Source: Balanoglossus misakiensis (taxonomy: Eukaryota; Animalia; Hemichordata). Taken from it: a DNA stretch of 64,000 nt. Every line of letters starts with the position of its first letter. Positions within the stretch are counted from its first letter, which is position 1. Positions 15,001-30,000 of the stretch are shown in pieces. The DNA lies in contig CM082588.2 in assembly GCA_040954595.2 (NCBI GenBank), positions 7,486,844 to 7,550,843 on the forward strand. Reading direction: 5' to 3'. Both the position numbers and the translations under genes were made by a program. The notes beneath the pieces were generated by a model that worked only from the letters and a program-made list of their open reading frames with translations, searched no databases and had not been told where the DNA came from.

Positions 15001-18000
15001 AAAAACCATTGGTTATAGCCCATGAAAATGGTCCAGAAACCTCAATTTTTCGACTTCGCGAATTTTCAAAATGTGGTCATTTCATGATAAAAACCATGGG
15101 TTATAGCCCATGAAAATGGTCCAGAAACCTCAATTTTTCAACTTCGCGAATTTTCAAAATGTGGTCATTTTTTGATAAAAACCATGGGTTATAGCTCATG
15201 AAAATGGTCCAGAAACCTCAATTTTTCAACTTCGCGAATTTTCAAAATGTGGTCATTTTTTGATAAAAACCATGGGTTATAGCCCATGAAAATGGTCCAG
15301 AAACCTCAATTTTTCGACTTCGCGAATTATCAAAATGTGGTCATTTTTTGATAAAAACCATGGGTTATAGCTCATGAAAATGGTCCAGAAACCTCAATTT
15401 TTCGACTTCGCGAATTTTCAAAATGTGGTCATTTTTTGATAAAAACCATGGGTTATAGCCCATGAAAATGGTCCAGAAACCTCAATTTTTCGACTTCGCG
15501 AATTTTCAAAATTTGGTCATTTTTTGATAAAAACCATGGGTTATAGCCCATGAAAATGGTCCAGCAACCTCAATTTTTCGACTTTGCGAATTTTCAAAAT
15601 GTGGTCATTTTTTGATAAAAACCATGGGTTATAGCCCATGAAAATGGTCCAGAAACCTCAATTTTTCGACTTCGCGAATTTTCAAAATGTGGTCATTTCA
15701 TGATAAAAACCATGGGTTATAGCCCATGAAAATGGTCCAGAAACCTCAATTTTTCGACTTCGCGAATTTTCAAAATGTGGTCATTTTTTGATAAAAACCA
15801 TGGGTTATAGCCCATGAAAATGGTCCAGCAACCTCAATTTTTCGACTTCGCGAATTTTCAAAATGTGGTCATTTTTTGATAAAAACCATGGGTTATAGCT
15901 CATGAAAATGGTCCAGAAACCTCAATTTTTCGACTCCGCGAATTTTCAAAATGTGGTCATTTCATGATAAAAACCATGGGTTATAGCCCATGAAAATGGT
16001 CCAGAAACCTCAATTTTTCGACTTCGCGAATTTTCAAAATGTGGTCATTTTTTGATAAAAACCATGGGTTATAGCCCATGAAAATGGTCCAGAAACCTCA
16101 ATTTTTCGACTTCGCGAATTTTCAAAATTTGGTCATTTTTTGATAAAAACCATGGGTTATAGCCCATGAAAATGGTCCAGCAACCTCAATTTTTCGACTT
16201 TGCGAATTTTCAAAATGTGGTCATTTTTTGATAAAAACCATTGGTTATAGCCCATGAAAATGGTCCAGAAACCTCAATTTTTCGACTTCGCGAATTTTCA
16301 AAATGTGGTCATTTCATGATAAAAACCATGGGTTATAGCCCATGAAAATGGTCCAGAAACCTCAATTTTTCAACTTCGCGAATTTTCAAAATGTGGTCAT
16401 TTTTTGATAAAAACCATGGGTTATAGCTCATGAAAATGGTCCAGAAACCTCAATTTTTCAACTTCGCGAATTTTCAAAATGTGGTCATTTTTTGATAAAA
16501 ACCATGGGTTATAGCCCATGAAAATGGTCCAGAAACCTCAATTTTTCGACTTCGCGAATTATCAAAATGTGGTCATTTTTTGATAAAAACCATGGGTTAT
16601 AGCTCATGAAAATGGTCCAGAAACCTCAATTTTTCGACTTCGCGAATTTTCAAAATGTGGTCATTTTTTGATAAAAACCATGGGTTATAGCCCATGAAAA
16701 TGGTCCAGAAACCTCAATTTTTCGACTTCGCGAATTTTCAAAATGTGGTCATTTTTTGATAAAAACCATGGGTTATAGCCCATGAAAATGGTCCAGAAAC
16801 CTCAATTTTTCGACTTCGCGAATTTTCAAAATGTGGTCATTTCATGATAAAAACCATGGGTTATAGCCCATGAAAATGGTCCAGAAACCTCAATTTTTCG
16901 ACTTCGCGAATTTTCGAAATGTGGTCATTTTTTGATAAAAACCATGGGTTATAGCTCATGAAAATGGTCCAGAAACCTCAATTTTTCGACTTCGCGAATT
17001 TTCAAAATGTGGTCATTTTTTGATAAAAACCATGGGTTATAGCCCATGAAAATGGTCCAGCAACCTCAATTTTTCGACTTCGCGAATTTTCAAAATGTGG
17101 TCATTTTTTGATAAAAACCATGGGTTATAGCTCATGAAAATGGTCCAGAAACCTCAATTTTTCGACTCCGCGAATTTTCAAAATGTGGTCATTTTTTGAT
17201 AAAAACCATGGGTTATAGCCCATGAAAATGGTCCAGAAACCTCAATTTTTCGACTTCGCGAATTTTCAAAATGTGGTCATTTTTTGATAAAAACCATGGG
17301 TTATAGCCCATGAAAATGGTCCAGCAACCTCAATTTTTCGACTTTGCGAATTTTCAAAATGTGGTCATTTTTTGATAAAAACCATTGGTTATAGCCCATG
17401 AAAATGGTCCAGAAACCTCAATTTTTCGACTTCGCGAATTTTCAAAATGTGGTCATTTCATGATAAAAACCATGGGTTATAGCCCATGAAAATGGTCCAG
17501 AAACCTCAATTTTTCAACTTCGCGAATTTTCAAAATGTGGTCATTTTTTGATAAAAACCATGGGTTATAGCTCATGAAAATGGTCCAGAAACCTCAATTT
17601 TTCGACTCCGCGAATTTTCAAAATGTGGTCAATTTTTGATAAAAACCATGGGTTATAGCTCATGAAAATGGTCCAGAAACCTCAATTTTTCGACTTCGCG
17701 AATTTTCAAAATGTGGTCATTTCATGATAAAAACCATGGGTTATAGCCCATGAAAATGGTCCAGAAACCTCAATTTTTCAACTTCGCGAATTTTCAAAAT
17801 GTGGTCAATTTTTGATAAAAACCATGGGTTATAGCTCATGAAAATGGTCCAGAAACCTCAATTTTTCGACTCCGCGAATTTTCAAAATGTGGTCAATTTT
17901 TGATAAAAACCATGGGTTATAGCCCATGAAAATGGTCCAGAAACCTCAATTTTTCAACTTCGCGAATTTTCAAAATGTGGTCAATTTTTGATAAAAACCA

Positions 18001-21000
18001 TGGGTTATAGCTCATGAAAATGGTCCAGAAACCTCAATTTTTCGACTCCGCGAATTTTCAAAATGTGGTCATTTTTTGATAAAAACCATGGGTTATAGCT
18101 CATGAAAATGGTCCAGAAACCTCAATTTTTCGACTTCGCGAATTTTCAAAATGTGGTCATTTCATGATAAAAACCATGGGTTATAGCCCATGAAAATGGT
18201 CCAGAAACCTCAATTTTTCAACTTCGCGAATTTTCAAAATGTGGTCAATTTTTGATAAAAACCATGGGTTATAGCTCATGAAAATGGTCCAGAAACCTCA
18301 ATTTTTCGACTCCGCGAATTTTCAAAATGTGGTCAATTTTTGATAAAAACCATGGGTTATAGCCCATGAAAATGGTCCAGAAACCTCAATTTTCGACTTC
18401 GCGAATTTTCAAAATGTGGTCATTTTTTGATAAAAACCATGGGTTATAGCCCATGAAAATGGTCCAGCAACCTCAATTTTTCGACTTCGCGAATTTTCAA
18501 AATGTGGTCATTTTTTGATAAAAACCATGGGTTATAGCCCATGAAAATGGTCCAGAAACCTCAATTTTTCGACTCCGCGAATTTTCAAAATGTGGTCAAT
18601 TTTTGATAAAAACCATGGGTTATAGCTCATGAAAATGGTCCAGAAACCTCAATTTTTCGACTTCGCGAATTTTCAAAATGTGGTCATTTTTTGATAAAAA
18701 CCATGGGTTATAGCCCATGAAAATGGTCCAGCAACCTCAATTTTTCGACTTCGCGAATTTTCAAAATGTGGTCATTTTTTGATAAAAACCATGGGTTATA
18801 GCTCATGAAAATGGTCCAGAAACCTCAATTTTTCGACTTCGCGAATTATCAAAATGTGGTCATTTTTTGATAAAAACCATGGGTTATAGCTCATGAAAAT
18901 GGTCCAGAAACCTCAATTTTTCGACTTCGCGAATTTTCAAAATGTGGTCATTTTTTGATAAAAACCATGGGTTATAGCCCATGAAAATGGTCCAGAAACC
19001 TCAATTTTTCGACTTCGCGAATTTTCAAAATGTGGTCATTTTTTGATAAAAACCATGGGTTATAGCCCATGAAAATGGTCAAGAAACCTCAATTTTTCAA
19101 CTTCGCGAATTTTCAAAATGTGGTCATTTTTTGATAAAAACCATGGGTTATAGCCCATGAAAATGGTCTAGAAACCTCAATTTTTCGACTTCGCGAATTT
19201 TCAAAATGTGGTCATTTTTTGATAAAAACCATGGGTTATAGCCCATGAAAATGGTCCAGAAACCTCAATTTTTCAACTTCGCGAATTTTCAAAATGTGGT
19301 CATTTTTTGATAAAAACCATGGGTTATAGCTCATGAAAATGGTCCAGAAACCTCAATTTTTCAACTTCGCGAATTTTCAAAATGTGGTCATTTTTTGATA
19401 AAAACCATGGGTTATAGCCCATGAAAATGGTCCAGCAACCTCAATTTTTCGACTTCGCGAATTTTCAAAATGTGGTCATTTCATGATAAAAACCATGGGT
19501 TATAGCCCATGAAAATGGTCCAGAAACCTCAATTTTTCGACTTCGCGAATTTTCGAAATGTGGTCATTTTTTGATAAAAACCATGGGTTATAGCTCATGA
19601 AAATGGTCCAGAAACCTCAATTTTCGACTTCGCGAATTTTCAAAATGTGGTCATTTTTTGATAAAAACCATGGGTTATAGCCCATGAAAATGGTCCAGCA
19701 ACCTCAATTTTTCGACTTCGCGAATTTTCAAAATGTGGTCATTTTATGATAAAAACCATGGGTTATAGCTCATGAAAATGGTCCAGAAACCTCAATTTTT
19801 CGACTCCGCGAATTTTCAAAATGTGGTCATTTTTTGATAAAAACCATGGGTTATAGCCCATGAAAATGGTCCAGAAACCTCAATTTTTCGACTTCGCGAA
19901 TTTTCAAAATGTGGTCATTTTTTGATAAAAACCATGGGTTATAGCCCATGAAAATGGTCCAGAAACCTCAATTTTTCGACTTCGCGAATTTTCAAAATTT
20001 GGTCATTTTTTGATAAAAACCATGGGTTATAGCCCATGAAAATGGTCCAGCAACCTCAATTTTTCGACTTTGCGAATTTTCAAAATGTGGTCATTTCATG
20101 ATAAAAACCATGGGTTATAGCCCATGAAAATGGTCCAGAAACCTCAATTTTTCAACTTCGCGAATTTTCAAAATGTGGTCATTTTTTGATAAAAACCATG
20201 GGTTATAGCCCATGAAAATGGTCCAGAAACCTCAATTTTTCAACTTCGCGAATTTTCAAAATGTGGTCATTTTTTGATAAAAACCATGGGTTATAGCCCA
20301 TGAAAATGGTCCAGAAACCTCAATTTTCGACTTCGCGAATTTTCGAAATGTGGTCATTTTTTGATAAAAACCATGGGTTATAGCCCATGAAAATGGTCCA
20401 GAAACCTCAATTTTTCGACTTCGCGAATTTTCAAAATGTGGTCATTTTTTGATAAAAACCATGGGTTATAGCCCATGAAAATGGTCCAGAAACCTCAATT
20501 TTTCAACTTCGCGAATTTTCAAAATGTGGTCATTTTTTGATAAAAACCATGGGTTATAGCCCATGAAAATGGTCCAGAAACCTCATTTTTCGACTTCGCG
20601 AATTTTCAAAATGTGGTCATTTTTTGATAAAAACCATGGGTTATAGCCCATGAAAATGGTCCAGAAACCTCAATTTTTCGACTTCGCGAATTTTCGAAAT
20701 GTGGTCATTTTTTGATAAAAACCATGGGTTATAGCCCATGAAAATGGTCCAGAAACCTCAATTTTTCGACTTCGCGAATTTTCAAAATGTGGTCATTTTT
20801 TGATAAAAACCATGGGTTATAGCCATGAAAATGGTCCAGAAACCTCAATTTTTCAACTTCGCGAATTTTCAAAATGTCATTTTTTGATAATAACCATGGT
20901 TATAGCCCCATGAAAATGGTCCAGAAACCATCAATTTTTCGACTTCGCGAATTTTCGAAATGTGGTCATTTTTTGATAAAAACCATGGGTTATAGCCCAT

Positions 21001-24000
21001 GAAAATGGTCCAGAAACCTCAATTTTTCGACTTCGCGAATTTTCAAAATGTGGTCATTTTTTGATAAAAACCATGGGTTATAGCCCATGAAAATGGTCCA
21101 GAAACCTCAATTTTTCAACTTCGCGAATTTTCAAAATGTGGTCATTTTTGATAAAAACCATGGGTTATAGCCCATGAAAATGGTCCAGAAACCTCAATTT
21201 TTCGAACTTCGCGAATTTTCAAAATGTGGTCATTTTTTGATAAAAACCATGGGTTATAGCCCATGAAAATGGTCCAGAAACCTCAATTTTTCGACTTCGC
21301 GAATTTTCGAAATGTGGTCATTTTTTGATAAAAACCATGGGTTATAGCCCATGAAAATGGTCCAGAAACCTCAATTTTTCGACTTCGCGAATTTTCAAAA
21401 TGTGGTCATTTTTTGATAACAACCATGGGTTATAGCTCATGAAAATGGTCCAGAAACCTCAATTTTTCGACTTCGGAATTTTTCAAAATGTGGTCATTTT
21501 TTGATAAAAACCATGGGTTATAGCCATGAAAATGGTCCAGCAACCTCAATTTTTCGACTTCGCGAATTTTCAAAATGTGGTCATTTTTTGATAAAAACCA
21601 TGGGTTATAGCTCATGAAAATGGTCCAGAAACCTCAATTTTTCGACTCCGCGAATTTTCAAAAATGTGGTCATTTTTTGATAAAAACCATGGGTTATAGC
21701 CCATGAAAATGGTCCAGAAACCTCAATTTTCGACTTCGCGAATTTTCAAAATGTGGTCATTTTTTTGATAAAAACCATGGGTTATAGCCCATGAAAATGG
21801 TCCAGAAACCTCAATTTTTCGACTTCGCGGAATTTTCAAAATTTGGTCATTTTTTGATAAAAACCATGGGTTATAGCCCATGAAAATGGTCCAGCAACCT
21901 CAATTTTTCGACTTTGCGAATTTTCAAAATGTGGTCATTTCATGATAAAAACCATGGGTTATAGCCCATGAAAATGGTCCAGAAACCTCAATTTTTCAAC
22001 TTCGCGAATTTTCAAAATGTGGTCATTTTTTGATAAAAACCATGGGTTATAGCCCATGAAAATGGTCCAGAAACCTCAATTTTTCAACTTCGCGAATTTT
22101 CAAAATGTGGTCATTTTTTGATAAAAACCATGGGTTATAGCCCATGAAAATGGTCCAGAAACCTCAATTTTTCGACTTCGCGAATTTTCGAAATGTGGTC
22201 ATTTTTTGATAAAAACCATGGGTTATAGCCCATGAAAATGGTCCAGAAACCTCAATTTTTCGACTTCGCGAATTTTCAAAATGTGGTCATTTTTTGATAA
22301 AAACCATGGGTTATAGCCCATGAAAATGGTCCAGAAACCTCAATTTTTCAACTTCGCGAATTTTCAAAATGTGGTCATTTTTTGATAAAAACCATGGGTT
22401 ATAGCCCATGAAAATGGTCCAGAAACCTCAATTTTTCGACTTCGCGAATTTTCAAAATGTGGTCATTTTTTGATAAAAACCATGGGTTATAGCCCATGAA
22501 AATGGTCCAGAAACCTCAATTTTTCGACTTCGCGAATTTTCGAAATGTGGTCATTTTTTGATAAAAACCATGGGTTATAGCCCATGAAAATGGTCCAGAA
22601 ACCTCAATTTTTCGACTTCGCGAATTTTCAAAATGTGGTCATTTTTTGATAAAAACCATGGGTTATAGCCCATGAAAATGGTCCAGAAACCTCAATTTTT
22701 CAACTTCGCGAATTTTCAAAATGTGGTCATTTTTTGATAAAAACCATGGGTTATAGCCCATGAAAATGGTCCAGAAACCTCAATTTTTCGACTTCGCGAA
22801 TTTTCGAAATGTGGTCATTTTTTGATAAAAACCATGGGTTATAGCCCATGAAAATGGTCCAGAAACCTCAATTTTTCGACTTCGCGAATTTTCAAAATGT
22901 GGTCATTTTTTGATAAAAACCATGGGTTATAGCCCATGAAAATGGTCCAGAAACCTCAATTTTTCAACTTCGCGAATTTTCAAAATGTGGTCATTTTTTG
23001 ATAAAAACCATGGGTTATAGCCCATGAAAATGGTCCAGAAACCTCAATTTTTCGACTTCGCGAATTTTCAAAATGTGGTCATTTTTTGATAAAAACCATG
23101 GGTTATAGCCCATGAAAATGGTCCAGAAACCTCAATTTTTCGACTTCGCGAATTTTCGAAATGTGGTCATTTTTTGATAAAAACCATGGGTTATAGCCCA
23201 TGAAAATGGTCCAGAAACCTCAATTTTTCGACTTCGCGAATTTTCAAAATGTGGTCATTTTTTGATAAAAACCATGGGTTATAGCCCATGAAAATGGTCA
23301 AGAAACCTCAATTTTTCGACTTCGCGAATTTTCAAAATGTGGTCATTTTTTGATAAAAACCATGGGTTATAGCTCATGAAAATGGTCCAGAAACCTCAAT
23401 TTTTCGACTCCGCGAATTTTCAAAATGTGGTCAATTTTTGATAAAAACCATGGGTTATAGCTCATGAAAATGGTCCAGAAACCTCAATTTTTCGACTTCG
23501 CGAATTTTCAAAATGTGGTCATTTTTTGATAAAAACCATGGGTTATAGCCCATGAAAATGGTCCAGCAACCTCAATTTTTCGACTTCGCGAATTTTCAAA
23601 ATGTGGTCATTTTTTGATAAAAACCATGGGTTATAGCTCATGAAAATGGTCCAGAAACCTCAATTTTTCGACTTCGCGAATTATCAAAATGTGGTCATTT
23701 TTTGATAAAAACCATGGGTTATAGCTCATGAAAATGGTCCAGAAACCTCAATTTTTCGACTTCGCGAATTTTCAAAATGTGGTCATTTTTTGATAAAAAC
23801 CATGGGTTATAGCCCATGAAAATGGTCCAGAAACCTCAATTTTTCGACTTCGCGAATTTTCAAAATGTGGTCATTTTTTGATAAAAACCATGGGTTATAG
23901 CCCATGAAAATGGTCAAGAAACCTCAATTTTTCAACTTCGCGAATTTTCAAAATGTGGTCATTTTTTGATAAAAACCATGGGTTATAGCCCATGAAAATG

Positions 24001-27000
24001 GTCTAGAAACCTCAATTTTTCGACTTCGCGAATTTTTCAAAATGTGGTCATTTTTGATAAAAACCCATGGGTTATAGCCCATGAAAATGGTCCAGAAACC
24101 TCAATTTTTCAACTTCGCGAATTTTCAAAATGTGGTCATTTTTTGATAAAAACCATGGGTTATAGCTCATGAAAATGGTCCAGAAACCTCAATTTTTCAA
24201 CTTCGCGAATTTTCAAAATGTGGTCATTTTTTGATAAAAACCATGGGTTATAGCCATGAAAATGGTCAGCAACCTCAATTTTTCGACTTCGCGAATTTTC
24301 AAAATGTGGTCATTTCATGATAAAAACCATGGGTTATTGGCCATGAAAATGGTCCAGAAACCTCAATTTTTCGAACTTCGCGAATTTTCGAAATGTGGTC
24401 ATTTTTTGATAAAAACCATGGTTATAGCTCATGAAAATGGTCCAGAAACCTCAATTTTTCGACTTCGCGAATTTTCAAAATGTGGTCATTTTTTGATAAA
24501 AACCATGGGTTATAGCCCATGAAAATGGTCCAGCAACCTCAATTTTTCGACTTCGCGAATTTTCAAAATGTGGTCATTTTTTGATAAAAACCATGGGTTA
24601 TAGCTCATGAAAATGGTCCAGAAACCTCAATTTTTTCGACTCCGCGAATTTTCAAAATGTGGTCATTTTTTGATAAAAACCATGGGTTATAGCCCATGAA
24701 AATGGTCCAGAAACCTCAATTTTTCGACTTCGCGAATTTTCAAAATGTGGTCATTTTTTGATAAAAACCATGGGTTATAGCCCATGAAAATGGTCCAGAA
24801 ACCTCAATTTTTCGACTTCGCGAATTTTCAAAATTTGTCATTTTTTGATAAAAACCATGGGTTATAGCCCATGAAAATGGTCCAGCAACCTCAATTTTTC
24901 GACTTTGCGAATTTTCAAATGTGGTCATTTCATGATAAAAACCATGGGTTATATGCCCATGAAATGGTCCAGAAACCTCAATTTTTCAACTTCGCGATTT
25001 TCAAAATGTGGTCATTTTTTGATAAAAACCATGGGTTATAGCCCATGAAAATGGTCCAGAAACCTCAATTTTTTCAACTTCGCGAATTTTCAAAATGTGG
25101 TCATTTTTTGATAAAAAACCATGGGTTATAGCCCATGAAAATGGTCCAGAAACCTCAATTTTTCGACTTCGCGAATTTTTCGAAATGTGGTCATTTTTTG
25201 ATAAAAACCATGGGTTATAGCCCATGAAAATGGTCCAGAAACCTCAATTTTTCGACTTCGCGAATTTTCAAAATGTGGTCATTTTTGATAAAAACCATGG
25301 GTTTATAGCCCATGAAAATGGTCCAGAAACCTCAATTTTTCAACTTCGCGAATTTTCAAAATGTGGTCATTTTTTTGATAAAAACCATGGGTTATAGCCC
25401 ATGAAAATGGTCCAGAAACCCTCAATTTTTCGACTTCGCGAATTTTCAAAATGTGGTCATTTTTTGATAAAAACCATGGGTTATAGCCCATGAAAATGGT
25501 CCAGAAACCTCAATTTTCGACTTCGCGAATTTTCGAAATGTGGTCATTTTTTGATAAAAACCATGGGTTATAGCCCATGAAAATGGTCCAGAAACCTCAA
25601 TTTTTCGACTTCGCGAATTTTCAAAATGTGGTCATTTTTTGATAAAAACCATGGGTTATAGCCCATGAAAATGGTCAAGAAACCTCAATTTTTCGACTTC
25701 GCGAATTTCAAAAATGTGGTCATTTTTTGATAAAAACCATGGGTTATAGCCCATGAAAATGGTCTAGAAACCTCAATTTTTCGACTTCGCGAATTTTCAA
25801 AAATGTGGTCATTTTTGATAAAAACCATGGGTTATAGCTCATGAAAATGGTCCAGAAACCTCAATTTTTCGACTTCGCGAATTTTCAAAATGTGGTCATT
25901 TTTTGATAAAAACCATGGGTTATAGCTCATGAAAATGGTCCAGAAACCTCAATTTTTCGACATCGCGAATTTTCAAAATGTGGTCATTTTTTGATAAAAA
26001 CCATGGGTTATAGCTCATGAAAATGGTCCAGAAACCTAAATTTTTCGACATCGCGAATTTTCAAAATGTGGTCATTTTTTGATAAAAGCCATGGGTTATA
26101 GCTCATGAAAATGGTCCAGAAACCTCAATTTTTCGACATCGCGAATTTTCAAAATGTGGTCATTTTTTGATAAAAACCATGGGTTATAGCTCATGAAAAT
26201 GGTCCAGAAACCTCAATTTTTCGACATCGCAAATTTTCAAAATGTAGTCATTTTTTGATAAAAACCATGGGTTATAGCTCATGAAAATGGTCCAGAAACC
26301 TCAATTTTTCGACTTCGCGAATTTTCAAAATGTGGTCATTTTTTGATAAAAACCATGGGTTATAGCTCATGAAAATGGTCCAGAAACCTCAATTTTTCGA
26401 CATCGCGAATTTTCAAAATGTGGTCATTTTTTGATAAAAGCCATGGGTTATAGCTCATGAAAATGGTCCAGAAACCTCAATTTTTCGACTTCGCGAATTT
26501 CAAAATGTGGTCATTTTTTGATAAAAACCATGGGTTATAGCTCATGAAAATGGTCCAGAAACCTCAATTTTTCGACATCGCAAATTTTCAAAATGTAGTC
26601 ATTTTTTGATAAAAACCATGGGTTATAGCTCATGAAAATGGTCCAGAAACCTCAATTTTTCGACTTCGCGAATTTTCAAAATGTGGTCATTTTTTGATAA
26701 AAACCATGGGTTATAGCTCATGAAAATGGTCCAGAAACCTCAATTTTTCGACATCGCGAATTTTCAAAATGTGGTCATTTTTTGATAAAAACCATGGGTT
26801 ATAGCTCATGAAAATGGTCCAGAAACCTCAATTTTTCGACTTCGCGAATTTTCAAAATGTGGTCATTTTTTGATAAAAACCATGGGTTATAGCTCATGAA
26901 AATGGTCCAGAAACCTCAATTTTTCGACTTCGCGAATTTTCAAAATGTGGTCATTTTTTGATAAAAACCATGGGTTATAGCTCATGAAAATGGTCCAGAA

Positions 27001-30000
27001 ACCTCAATTTTTCGACTTCGCGAATTTTCAAAATGTGGTCATTTTTTGATAAAAACCATGGGTTATAGCTCATGAAAATGGTCCAGAAACCTCAATTTTT
27101 CGACTTCGCGAATTTTCAAAATGTGGTCATTTTTTGATAAAAACCATGGGTTATAGCTCATGAAAATGGTCCAGAAACCTCAATTTTTCGACTTCGCGAA
27201 TTTTCAAAATGTGGTCATTTTTTGATAAAAACCATGGGTTATAGCTCATGAAAATGGTCCAGAAACCTCAATTTTTCGACTTCGCGAATTTTCAAAATGT
27301 GGTCATTTTTTGATAAAAACCATGGGTTATAGCTCATGAAAATGGTCCAGAAACCTCAATTTTTCGACTTCGCGAATTTTCAAAATGTGGTCATTTTTTG
27401 ATAAAAACCATGGGTTATAGCTCATGAAAATGGTCCAGAAACCTCAATTTTTCGACTTCGCGAATTTTCAAAATGTGGTCATTTTTTGATAAAAACCATG
27501 GGTTATAGCTCATGAAAATGGTCCAGAAACCTCAATTTTTCGACTTCGCGAATTTTCAAAATGTGGTCATTTTTTGATAAAAACCATGGGTTATAGCTCA
27601 TGAAAATGGTCCAGAAACCTCAATTTTTCAACTTCGCGAATTTTCAAAATGTGGTCATTTCATGATAAAAACCATGGGTTATAGCCCATGAAAATGGTCT
27701 AGAAACCTCAATTTTTCGACTTCGCGAATTTTCAAAATGTGGTCATTTTTTGATAAAAACCATGGGTTATAGCCCATGAAAATGGTCCAGAAACCTCAAT
27801 TTTTCGACTTCGCGAATTTTCAAAATGTGGTCATTTTTTGATAAAAACCATGGGTTATAGCCCATGAAAATGGTCAAGAAACCTCAATTTTTCGACATCG
27901 CGAATTTTCAAAATGTGGTCATTTTTTGATAAAAACCATGGGTTATAGCTCATGAAAATGGTCCAGAAACCTCAATTTTTCGACTTCGCGAATTTTCAAA
28001 ATGTGGTCATTTTTTGATAAAAACCATGGGTTATAGCTCATGAAAATGGTCCAGAAACATCACTTTTTCGACTTCGCGAATTTTCAAAATGTGGTCATTT
28101 TTTGATAAAAACCATGGGTTATAGCTCATGAAAATGGTCCAGAAACCTCAATTTTTCGACTTCGCGAATTTTCAAAATGTGGTCATTTTTTGATAAAAAC
28201 CATGGGTTATAGCTCATGAAAATGGTCCAGAAACCTCAATTTTTCGACTTCGCGAATTTTCAAAATGTGGTCATTTTTTGATAAAAACCATGGGTTATAG
28301 CTCATGAAAATGGTCCAGAAACATCACTTTTTTCGACTTCGCGAATTTTCAAAATGTGGTCATTTTTTGATAAAAACCATGGGTTATAGCCCATGAAAAT
28401 GGTCAAGAAACCTCAATTTTTCGACATCGCGAATTTTCAAAATGTGGTCATTTTTTGATAAAAACCATGGGTTATAGCTCATGAAAATGGTCCAGAAACC
28501 TCAATTTTTCGACTTCGCGAATTTTCAAAATGTGGTCATTTTTTGATAAAAACCATGGGTTATAGCTCATGAAAATGGTCCAGAAACATCAACTTTTTCG
28601 ACTTCGCGAATTTTCAAAATGTGGTCATTTTTTGATAAAAACCATGGGTTATAGCTCATGAAAATGGGTCCAGAAACCTCAATTTTTCGACTTCGCGAAT
28701 TTTCAAAATGTGGTCATTTTTTGATAAAAACCATGGGTTATAGCTCATGAAAATGGTCCAGAAACCTCAATTTTTCGACTTCGCGAATTTTCAAAATGTG
28801 GTCATTTTTTGATAAAAACCATGGGTTATAGCTCATGAAAATGGTCCAGAAACATCACTTTTTCGACTTCGCGAATTTTCAAAATGTGGTCATTTTTTGA
28901 TAAAAACCATGGGTTATAGCTCATGAAAATGGTCCAGAAACCTCAATTTTTCGTCTTCGCGAATTTTCAAAATGTGGTCATTTTTTGATAAAAACCATGG
29001 GTTATAGCTCATGAAAATGGTCCAGAAACCTCAATTTTTCGACTTCGCGAATTTTCAAAATTGTGGTCATTTTTTGATAAAAACCATGGGTTATAGCTCA
29101 TGAAAATGGTCCAGAAACCTCAATTTTTCGACATCGCGAATTTTCAAAATGTGGTCATTTTTGATAAAAACCATGGGTTATAGCTCATGAAAATGGTCCA
29201 GAAACCTCAATTTTTCGACTTCGCGAATTTTCGAAATGTGGTCATTTTTTGATAAAAACCATGGGTTATAGCTCATGAAAATGGTCCAGAAACCTAAATT
29301 TTTCGACTTCGCGAATTTTCAAAATGTGGTCATTTTTTGATAAAAACCATGGGTTATAGCTCATGAAAATGGTCCAGAAACCTCAATTTTTCGACTTCGC
29401 GAATTTTCGAAATGTGGTCATTTTTTGATAAAAACCATGGGTTATAGCTCATGAAAATGGTCCAGAAACCTCAATTTTTCGACTTCGCGAATTTTCAAAA
29501 TGTGGTCATTTTTTGATAAAAACCATGGGTTATAGCTCATGAAAATGGTCCAGAAACCTCAATTTTTCGACTTCGCGAATTTTCAAAATGTGGTCATTTT
29601 TTGATAAAAACCATGGGTTATAGCTCATGAAAATGGTCCAGAAACCTCAATTTTTCGACTTCGCGAATTTTCAAAATGTGGTCATTTTTGATAAAAACCA
29701 TGGGTTATAGCTCATGAAAATGGTCCAGAAACCTCAATTTTTCGACTTCGCGAATTTTCAAAATGTGGTCATTTTTTGATAAAAACCATGGGTTATAGCT
29801 CATGAAAATGGTCCAGAAACCTCAATTTTTCGACTTCGCGAATTTTCAAAATGTGGTCATTTTTTGATAAAAACCATGGGTTATAGCTCATGAAAATGGT
29901 CCAGAAACATCACTTTTTCGACTTCGCGAATTTTCAAAATGTGGTCATTTTTTGATAAAAACCATGGGTTATAGCTCATGAAAATGGTCCAGAAACCTCA

